From Mobula birostris (lineage: Eukaryota): a stretch of 64,000 bases of DNA. The position numbers and the translations under genes were made by a program. Below, piece by piece: positions 26,913-36,760 of this stretch. Location: assembly GCF_030028105.1 (NCBI RefSeq), contig NC_092379.1:26343821-26407820 (forward strand), written 5' to 3'. The notes under the pieces are model-generated. The model worked only from the letters and a program-made list of their open reading frames with translations. It did no database searches and was not told the origin of the DNA. Positions within the stretch are counted from its first letter, which is position 1. Each line of letters opens with the position of its first letter.

Positions 26913-27134
26913 ATCTTTTGCTGGAAAGTAAGCTGGCAGAGTTTGCAGATTATTTCCAGGCGCTTAAAGGCGGTTGTGTTCACAATTGTGGCAGTTGAAG
27001 GACAGGCTATGGTAAGCAATATATTTTCTGAAACATTGCTAACCATATTGCCCAGAGGTGAGGTGCCATCTGCCATAGACCAGTTTCAGCTGTCGAGAGA
27101 GGCGATGGATAGAGGCGGTTTTGTGTACTGCTGT
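26913..27134 (+). pseudogene. Possible leaderless V-like relic (B')
   Basis: Poly-T acceptor CAG, phase-1 frame into KGGCVH (cf. RGDGVH), then VAVEGQAMVSN and QFQL...GGFVYCC (cf. DSAVYYC). About 35 codons short of a V domain. Confidence 0.3.
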
Positions 27135-27499
27135 TAACATGTGCTTTGACTACTACTTTCTCAAATCATGTCACGTAGGATAACATCATGACGTAGGAAG
27201 ATTTCTCATAAAGACTGCCAACTTGATCACGATTTTTCACACCCACTTCCCTCACGCGTTGTTCTGTGAAGTTGCTGACCACATGGCTGGGTAGAGGCTT
27301 GAGGAAAACAACAGGTAGCACCTTCAGTGCTAATACTGTCAGCTACAACGATCGGTCTCTCCATATGTAAATATAGGTTCAGAAATCTGTCCGCGGGTTT
27401 AACCTACTTCGGTTAGTCCTAACGAAGAATAAATCCTCGGACTTCTCTGCTGTAATTTTTATCTGGCATTTTCAACAATTACTCCACTGATCCAGGTAG

Positions 27500-27615
27500 C
27501 TCTGCAAGCCTTGATCGACTTATTTAATGTTCACTACAGGGTAAAACTTGGTATCCTCCTCAAATCTGTTGAACCTGTTTACCACATTATCATCCAGATC
27601 ATTGTTATGGATATC
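27500..27615 (-). mobile_element. Short CR1 RT fragment
   Basis: Minus strand [23 protein letters not shown] resembles [20 protein letters not shown]. Confidence 0.55.
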
Positions 27616-27627
27616 CAAAAAAAAAAG

Positions 27628-29915
27628 ACGGCGGGGGAGGGGAAGCAGGGAGGTGATAGGCAGGAAAGGTGAAGCAGTAAACCGTCTCAACTTCAACGCT
27701 CCTCTCTCCTGCTCCAACCTCACTCCCACCGAACTCACAGCCTCCCACTCTCTCCGCACTAGTCCCAACCTCACCATCAAACTCGCTGACAAAGCTGGTG
27801 CCGTAGTAGTCTGGCGGACGGACCTCCACCTCACTGTGGCCAAACGGCAGCTTTCTGACACCTCCTCTTACTTACCCCTGGAGCAGGACCCCACCAAAAA
27901 ACAGCAAACCATTGTCTCCCGTACCATCACCGCCCTTATCACCTCCGGAGACCTTCCATCCTCAGCCGCTAAACTCATAATTCCCACACCCCGTACCGCA
28001 TGTTTTACGTCCTCCATAAGATCCACAATTCTGACTGCCCGGTAGACCATAGTTTATGCCTATTCCTGTCCCACCCAACTTGTATCTGCCTATCTGGACT
28101 CCATGTTATCACCCATAGTTCAATCCCTCTCCACATACATCCTGGATAACTCCCATGCACTCCAGCTCTTCAATAACTTCCAGTTCCCCGGTCCCAACAG
28201 CTTCATTTTCACTATGGATGTCCAATCCCTATACACCTCCGTTCCACATCAAGAAGGCCTCAAAGCCCTCCGCTATTTTCTGGATAATAGAACTCAACAG
28301 TCCCCCACCACCACTACCCTTCTCCGGTTGACGGAACTGGTTCTCACACTCAATAACTTCTCTTTTGGCTCTTTCCATTTTCCTTTCTTCAGACTGAGCG
28401 TGTAGCTATCGGAACTCGCATGGGTCCTAGCTATGCCTGCCTCTTCGTTGGTTATGTGGAACAGTCTGTGCTCCAAACCTATACTAGTACTGCTCCCCCA
28501 CTTTTCCTTCGGTACATTGATGACTACATTGGTGCTGCTCCCTGCACCCATGCTGAGCTCGTCAATTACATCGACTGTACTTCAAACTTCCACCCAGCCC
28601 TCAAATTCACTTGCTCCACCTCTGACACATTTCTCCACTCTCTCGGTCTCTCGGTCTCCATCTCTGGAGGCAGACTGTCCACTGATATCTTCTACAAGCC
28701 CACTGACTCGCATAACTCCCTCGAATATACCTCCTCTTAACCCGCCACATGCAAAAATGCCATTCCCTATTCCCTGTTCCTCCGTCTCCGCCGCATCTGC
28801 TCCGAGGATGAGGTTTTCCGTTCTAGGATATCTCAAATGTCCTCTTTCTTTAAGGATCGTGCTTTCCCTTCTGTTGTCACCAATGATGCCCTCAACCGCA
28901 TCTCCTCCATTTCCCGCATTTCGGACCTCACCCCATCCACCCGCCACCACAACAGGGACAGAGTTCCCCTTGTCCTTACCTACCATCTCGCTAGCCTCCG
29001 GCTCCAGAACATTATCCTCCGCAGCTTCCTCCAACTTCAACAGGACCCCACCACTAAGAACATCTTTCCATCTCGACCCCTCTTCGAGTTCCGCAGGGAT
29101 CAGAGTCTCCACGACTCCCTGATCCACACGTCCAAGCCCACGGATCTGCCACCCGGCACTTATCCCTGTAAGCGCTAGTGCTGCATCTGTCCCTACACCT
29201 CCTCTCTTGCCACTATTCAGGACCCCAAACAGTTCTTCCAAGTGAGGCAACACTTCACTTGTGAGTCTTTTGGGATCATCTATTGCATCCGGTGCTCCCG
29301 GTGCGGCCTCCTCTACATCGGTGAAACCCGACGGAGATTGGGGGACCACGTCGTCGAGCACCTCCGCTCCGTCCACCACACCAGACAGGATCTCCCAGTA
29401 GCCACTCACTTCAACTCTGCCTCCAACTTCCATTCAGAAATGTCCATACATGGTCTCCTCTACTGCCATGATGAGGCTACACTCAGGTTGGATGAGCAAA
29501 ACCCAATATGCCGTCTAGGTAGTCTCCAGACTCTTGGTATCAACATAGAATTCTCCAACTTCCGTTAATTCTCTCCCCCTCCCTTCCTGTATCGCTATGC
29601 CACCCTTCTCCCTTCCCCAGCTGCCTATCACCTCCCTCATGGTTGCAGCTCCTAATACTACCCATTGTGTTTTCCCCTATTCTTTCTTCACCTTTCCTGT
29701 CACCTCCCCAACCCCTTTATCTTTCCCCTTACTAGTTTTTCACCTGGAACCTACCAGTGTTCTCCTCCCCATCCTCCCCATACCTTTTTGATAGGGCCTC
29801 TGCCCCTTCCCTCTGCAGTCCTGACGAAGGGTTGCGGTCCGAATCATTGACTGATCGTTTCCACCGATGCTGCTCGAGCTGCTGAGTTCCTCCAGCGTGT
29901 TGTGAGTGTTATTTG
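27628..29915 (+). mobile_element. Penelope-like retroelement (RT + GIY-YIG endonuclease, 3' terminal repeat, short inverted repeat piece at the 5' end)
   Basis: IKLADKAGAVVVW, FTMDVQSLYTSVP, MGPSYACLFVGYVEQ, FLRYIDD (RT); GIIYCIRCSRCGLLYIGETRRRLGDHVVEH (GIY-YIG, 29242-29568); terminal repeat 29570-29915. A few stops and frameshifts. Confidence 0.9.
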
Positions 29916-29999
29916 ACAATCGAATCTTCTGTTTCACATATCCACTAGACTCTGTGCTATATGGTGTAAGAAGTCTCTTCTTCATCCCGGAAAGTGCAA

Positions 30000-30250
30000 T
30001 TACACTTTGCATTATCTGAGCCCAAAAAGCTGTGCATTGTTCTGTTTCTGTACACCTACTTCATCTCGAGAGAGTAAATCCCTTTTCAATAAGATTTCGG
30101 TAGTAGCTTTAGCCATGTTTGTCTCAGTTAAAACAGCTTCCAAACACCTTGTGAACGTATTCACCACTTCACAAATATGTTTGTCCCCTACTGGGATGGA
30201 TGCAAATTGTCTATCTCCAAAATAGTTCAAGACCCTTCAGCTGGTCTGAT
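30000..30250 (-). mobile_element. Retroviral/Gypsy-type integrase core fragment
   Basis: ORF 30012-30230 VVNTFTRCLEAVLTETNMAKATTEILLKR resembles the rve core motif VVDTFTRWVEAFPT...AKATAKILLKE. Confidence 0.55.
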
Positions 30251-30542
30251 ATGTCGGAGGGCGTCTTTTTTTTCATTTCTTTCGTTAAGACTCTATATTT
30301 CTTCTTCTAGTGCTTAAGTCGATAACATTGACATTTTGCTCCTTCCTCCTTCCAATCTCCCCCCAGTCTGCAGCTGCTATCGCAGCTCCTTCAAATCATT
30401 TTGGTTCGATAAAGCTTTGTTGGATTTTACCTTGAAAAATTCTCATCAGCATTTTGAAATATATTGCATGTATTTCAGCTGATGCGATATTTTGGAGGAA
30501 AATATTGTGCGGTGAAGATTTTAATGGCCGAAAGGTTAATAT

Positions 30543-32577
30543 TGTGACTTTCTGGTTGATGCGTAGTGGACAGCCTGGTCCTACATTTCTAACGACCAGT
30601 TCTTTTTTTCTTATTCTTGCGTTACGGTGCTTTTGGGGGACTATGTTGGGAAGTTCCATTTCGTCTATTGTTACAGTTTAGCTCGGGTTATACAGTTAGT
30701 TGCTTGTGTTTCAGCATCGCCCCGCACGCAGCGAAACAGGGCTTGTGTTACCGAGGCGGAGTTGAAAACTGACGAGGAAGAGCCCGTGAGACAGTGCCGA
30801 CCAGTGCCGCCGGTGTGGTTGGGCAGGTCATTTCGCCCAGGATTACACCACGCTGGCAGCACGCCACAGCTCAGAGCAACCATTGACAACTGTCGAGCAG
30901 GAAGAGCCAACAGAGCCCTGCAGAAGAACCCCTCCATTGTTGCCCTTCTGTGTGGTTCGTTTGGGTGAAGAGCAAGGCTTATACGGGAACTGCATTGTGA
31001 AAGGCATCAGATGCTGTGTGTTGGTGGACAGTACCATCCGTTCCGGTGCTCTGCCTAACACGGACAACCCATCCCCGCCTGGTTGGACAACGACGGCAGT
31101 TCGACTGGTGGCGATCACCAGTGACTGTGCGGCGATGCGGTAGAAGAGGAGGTTTCACATCCCAGTGGGGAAAAATTCAGTGGAGCACGAGGTGAAGCCA
31201 GCCGGCATTCGAGAGTCCTTTATCCTCGGCCTGGACCTGCTGTTCCGCTTGGCGGACCGTGTGGATATGTCTGTTGCAACACCGTACCTCGGTGCTGAAA
31301 CCGTGGCTCTCCGGCTGGGCAGCTCCAGGAAGCGGACCAAATCGGGGTCAGGAACCAATGCCGGTTTCACAGCAGGCCGCAGTAGTGCAGCACACCCGGC
31401 AGCGGCCCAACGCAACACAAGCTGAACCATAGGCAAGCGACGTTTACAGCGTTTCAGGTGACAGCCAGCAACGACCTCGCCGACATAGAACAGCAGCTGT
31501 GCAGCGAGCAGGTGGGAGATCCGCTGTTTGCCCTGGTAAGGAATGGGCTGAGTGTGTGGCGCCGTGGATACAGGAACCAAAGCCCTATACTCGCAGTAAG
31601 AATGTTGGAGGTCCACGACGGTTTGTTCTTCAGGTGGTAGCAGTTGCCCGATGGTGGCAGACTCTTGCAGCTGGTGATCCCCCGGGGTCTTCGTGCCATG
31701 GTGCTGCTGTCGGTGCACGGGCTGTTGGGTGCTGGGCATCTCTGAGCTGCAATGACACTGGGCCGTCTGCGTGAACGTTTTTTTTTAATGAATGAGTACT
31801 ATTTGTGCACTGCTGCGAAGCTTGCGAGTCCCAGAAATGTCAAGGTCGCCAGTGTAGAGTGTCAATACAGCAGTACGTTTCGGGCCACAGTATAGGTCTA
31901 CAAACCCTCCCAGAAGAAGGGACTATCCGTCCGGCTTGGAAGTCACTGCAAGGGGCCGGAAGAGGTGCTCGAACACATCTGCGATGTGTTACATAGGGTG
32001 CGGTTGCCTGAGTGGCGGAAGCCAGTTGTGTTGCACCAGGTCCGTCTGACATCGTGTCAGCCCTTGGTCACCACTATCCCAGCGAGGCTGAAGGAAGGAA
32101 GTGACACTCCAGTGCCCTGCCTCTTGCGTCACACAAACAGGCAGCAGTGTCTACGCCCAACGGAACTTTTGAATCTTGCTATAGACTCTGGCGTTGCCGG
32201 AAATGGTTGACCCCTTGGGTGGGGGTAGTGTGACGTTCCGGGTGGGAGCGTGGTCGATAGCCTGCCCCTGCATTTCTAATGACCAGTACTGTTTCTTATT
32301 CTTCTGTTAAGATGCTTTGTGGGGTTATGGTGGGAACATTTAGTTTTTGTTACATTTTAGCTGGGGTTATATTGTTATCTGCGTGTTTATTTGTCGGTAG
32401 CTGTAACAGTAACCGGGGTATATGATGATCAACTGCCCCGTCGGTGCGAGACAGTTTGGGGTTCACTCGCCGGGTCATGGTGCCTGCTCTGTTTGTGACC
32501 ATCACAATAAAACTGTTGTTGATTTAAACAACTTCCTTGTCTGTCATTATGGACTAAATGTTCGCCATATGATTACG
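30543..32577 (+). mobile_element. Internally deleted Gypsy-like LTR element with two alignable LTRs
   Basis: 5' LTR from 30543 (tgtgactttctgg...cctacatttctaacgaccag) aligns with 3' LTR from 32229 (tgtgacgttccgg...cctgcatttctaatgaccag). PPT gggtggggggtag precedes 32229. Internal remnants of protease (CCVLVDS) and integrase; most of RT is missing. Confidence 0.85.
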
Positions 32578-33082
32578 TTTTGAATATGGAAAACAGTTTG
32601 CAGTTTAGTTTGTTAAATATATGACCTTAGTTTTTTAGCAAAATCGATTCTTGGAATGAATACTTGTAATTGCTGATATTGTAAGAATTAGATCCAAGAA
32701 CATCAGACAAGTTGGTTCAAAATATAAAGTTGTACAGGAACAGAATTGTCGAATTTTGTCGGTTGTCATCGGTATAATTTATCTCAAGGGAACTGCATGT
32801 GCAAGTATCTTTTTTTTTCAATTCATAAGGGTACTCGAACAGTATTTACTTCTGAAATCGATTTGTACAGCCATAAAATAAACTGTGTTCACTGTATTAC
32901 TTGGAGTTCGAAAACTATTTTCGGAGCCTCCACTGCCCACGACATAGTGACTAAAGCTTTCTCACCTAGATATTCGTGTTTATTTTAATTGTTGTTAAAT
33001 TTCATCGAACTTCCTTAGCACATTAATGTCCCAAACAACTGGGCCACGAGATGAGATCACGAACTATCTTCCCTCATATCAG

Positions 33083-33360
33083 CATGCTTCCCCATTCGGT
33101 GCCTCGAGTACAGGGAATGCTTCACCTCCCGTAGAACAAGAGCAGTCACATCCTATGGACAGTACACAGGGTGTAGTGGTGCACACCTGGTTACAGACCA
33201 AGAGAGTATAGTCTACGGAACAGTAGCAGGACATTTCGATTCCCGTGTGGAATGTGAGGTTCGTGACGGCACAACGATTCTCGGTACCCCGCTGAACAAA
33301 CGGAGATTGGGTACGGCATGCAGATGGATTTGTGTATGCAGACACACATGATTAGAACAG
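33083..33360 (+). pseudogene. Decayed TCR V relic
   Basis: Frame ...HTWLQTKRV*STEQ*QDISIPVWNVRFVTAQRFSVPR*TNGDWVRHADGFVYADT keeps the W-to-S.E (8 codons) and S.E-to-QRF (20 codons) spacing of the 9.5 kb V (IC[W]YRP*LKGSLECLL...RQRFTAQ...IYLGDT). No RSS found. Confidence 0.45.
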
Positions 33361-33799
33361 ACCAATGAAGCAATCATAGTTGGTCCAAAGAGCAAACTGA
33401 TTTTACGGAGATCACGAGATGAAAACGAAAACGAGTAAGCCCGTAACAGATTAGATTTTCCGTTTTAAAGATGCGTGGGAAAATAGTGCAGCAAGCAACT
33501 GGAACAGATTGGACCTTTCGTGGTACAAGCATTTATTTTCTTTATCAATGACCCCAAGTAGCACACTTAGTTATATTAATGTTGAAAATAAAGGAAACGC
33601 CAAAGAACATGCCGGTTAGCTTTATAATCTTTGCTTTCAGTGATATATATATATATATATATATTAAGACCTGCAGGGATAGCCGTCGACATCAAACTAT
33701 TTTTCTTTCACAGATTATTTTCTGGAGGGGCAGTACACCTGATCTTATGTATCCCTCGGATATAGACCACTCTAACCTTGAATATTTGAGTCAGGTAGT

Positions 33800-34880
33800 T
33801 AAATGTTAAAATACCAAATACCGGGCACCGTTCTGATTGGCGGTCTAGATCTGTGCGCAGGATGACAGTCAACACCTGTGCGCCTTTATGTATAATGATC
33901 AATAATATTCCTGGACGTGATTGTCTCAGGGCTATACTGACTGTCCAGCGAAATATGCAGCTAAGGTACAGTTCACTTCTGCCAGCCTCCCGTGTCATTT
34001 TAAAATATGTCTCCACGTATGTGACGCACCCATTCCTTCCACTCATTCCCAATTTTAGTCACAATATGTCCCATTCCCAAAGCAGGCAGTCTGGATGACT
34101 GGGGGTTTGTGCAAATGTGCTAGATGACAGCTGGATAGTACAGCTCATTTCTCCGGTTATACCGAACATAAATGCCATTATGACCGTTCGGCTATCTGAA
34201 CCTCGATGGTACACGGTGATTCATCTCTACTCCACCGTATTCTAAGTCCTTCCGCACGAGAACAGTCAATACATGTGCGCCATTTCGTATTAGGAGCAAT
34301 GATATACCTGGCTGAGATTGTCTCAGGGCAATACTGACGGGCCAGTGATATAAATAACAGACGTAGACTCCACTGTTGCCAGCCACACATCTCATTTAAT
34401 AATACGTCTCTACGTATAAGATGCACCCAGTTCTCCACTTATCCATCAATGGGCCGATACTGGAGTGATAACGATAAATCGTTGGAAGAATCTCAATTGT
34501 AAGCACAACATTAACCATTCCAATTGCAGGCAGTCCCGATGACTGGTGGTTTCTGCAAAATATGCAACTTTTAAGTTGGAAAGCACAGCCCAGTTATCAA
34601 TTATACGGAACATAAATGCCATTTTGGCCGTTTTGTTCTCCGAACCTCAATGGTGCACGGTGATTCATGTCAACCATACCTTGTTCTAAATCCTGCAGCG
34701 CGAGAACATTCGATACCTGTGCGCCATTACGTATTATGAACAATAATATTTTGACCGATATTGCCTCAGGACAATACTGACCACCCAGCCATGTGTTCAT
34801 TTGTTATACTCTTCACTGCTGCCAGTCACACATATCATTTTATACTACTCCTCTACGTATATGACGCACTCAGTCCTTCT
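33800..34880. repeat. Diverged tandem triplication (about 2.5 units, periods 398 and 444 bp)
   Basis: Anchor gacagtcaacacctgtgcgcc (33863), aacagtcaatacatgtgcgcc (34261), aacattcgatacctgtgcgcc (34705). Further shared blocks: gattgtctcaggg, gcaggcagtc..gatgactgg, gaacataaatgccatt, cacggtgattcat. Confidence 0.9.
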
Positions 34881-35599
34881 CTCATCCATCCATTCTGATG
34901 AGGATCAAACTACCTGCATTTTACACCAGGTTATCTCTTCAGTTAACTGATGATATAACTATAGACTTTAACCAGGAGAAGATGTCGTCAGGTGATGCCC
35001 TGATTTCATAGAGCTTTTGTCTGCGCTGACTACTCCACTCTCCAGTTGTCGGATCTCCAGGTCACTGCCCAGGATATCCTGACTTCCAGGTTCAGACCAG
35101 TTGCCCGCACTATATCTAGAAAGCGTCTCTTTCTGCTTCCTCCCACAGTGTGTGAGCTATTAGTTCCTGGTCTTCAGGTTAACGTCCCGCGCAGACAGAA
35201 ACTTCCAAGCTGACCTCGTCGTGGAAACTCTACAGCTGCTATCCACGGGGGATAGCCATGGCTGAGAACCTTCGTCCGTACGTCATGCACTGGTACGTCA
35301 GGTCCTTCCTATTGTGATCCTCCTCGCATCCTTACACCCATGGTACTGTGATCTCCACCAAGATTTATGTATGTATGTATGTATTTATTAATTTATTTAT
35401 TTGACTTTGTTGTTGTGTATTTTGTAGCCCTTAGCTCCATTTCCGGTTAGCAGTAACTCCGTGAAATGCAGCTTCCTCGCCACATCAAACTTCATCTCCT
35501 ATCATTTGGTAATTTGCAGCAGATTGGATTTAAACCATTTTGATGGCACCGACATTAGCCCTCCTTGATGAAAATGACTGCTCTGTTTCCCCTTTACGC

Positions 35600-36760
35600 C
35601 ATCTGGTCTCTTTTTCACACCTCAGTCGTTCCAGTGTGTCAGGACAGGACAGCAGGATATTATGTTGGTTCTAACGATACCGTCTTGTGTTGAAGCTATT
35701 TTGCATCTTTAGATGGCTTGCGTCCCTGTATCCCGCAGACTACAAAGCTGGCAGTTATGGATCATTCTCATAACTTTGCGTTGTACTGAATAGTGTAGGG
35801 AGACTGTCAGAAAATGACAACATGCTTGAAAGGAAAGGCAATGAGCTCCAGGCTCTAAATATAGTCCAAATAATGTTACGCTTGATATGATCCTATTTCG
35901 TTCAGACGTCCAGTGAGCCCATTACTGATGTCCTTGATAAAAGTTTTTCGTTCTCGCGGTTCGGCACCTCTGCCTGAGCCCTGTCACGCCTATCCCGTGC
36001 ACTTGCAGTCCTCTATAGTCGTCTTCCCGTCTCCGGAATGGTTTGCTAATGATGTATGCCAATTGTTAAACTTTCACAGCCTTGCCTATGGCCGAGTTGA
36101 CGGTCCACATTCGGCCCGATCTTTTAGTAACTCCCGCTTGGTTCATTCGCTTGTCATCGGAGTTCCCAACTGCTGACACATCTCTACACATTGCTATCTT
36201 GAACTCCTCCACTTCCGATGACAACGGAAGCTGTAGCTGGCCTGTTCATATCTGGAGACCCACTGAAGAAAATGTAGGGAGATACTACAGTCTCCTCCTC
36301 TTGCTAACTATCCTCTTGATGCATTCTACAGTGGCCCCATGGTTCTCGGACAACTTTAAAAGCCAGGGCAGACATGGAGTACATCATGCTGTTATGGCAT
36401 GTCTTAATTTTACCTATCAGTCCAGTTCAGTCGATCTTCTGCAACAACTCTTCGGTCTGCATTCATTTATCAAAGATGTGGACGCTGTCTCGCATTGCTG
36501 CAGTAAACCGCTTTCCAGGACATTTCACTGGGTTTTCCACAGTCGATGGCCTCTTCTCTTCGTACCTGAAGACACAACTTGTTAGTAGCTAAGCCTGTTT
36601 TGATCACCAAGTATCTGGACTTCTTGGCTAACGAGGTAGCTACTTGGTCATCCAAGTATAGCTAGCTACGTTGTCCAGGGATTTCAATAGCTCTGTTGCT
36701 TGAACATGAGTTTCTGTGTTTACTGTGATGTTATCTGTGAATCTCCACATTCTGGACTCC
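35600..36760 (-). mobile_element. Decayed BEL/Pao LTR retrotransposon pol fragment (RNase H to integrase zinc finger)
   Basis: DDQVATSLAKKSRYLVIK resembles the BEL RNase H ...SLVMAKSRVAP; KAVYCSNARQRPHL resembles VLGYINNE.RRFH; RKVMRMIHNCQLCSLR (~35790-35735) resembles the HHCC integrase motif. Confidence 0.55.

Noticed and set aside
33863-34720. Plus-strand Ig-like reading of the triplication (SASLPCHF, AVW, GDSSLL, DSQYLCA)
   Set aside because: Needs two frameshifts per unit, and stop codons are conserved across units in that frame.
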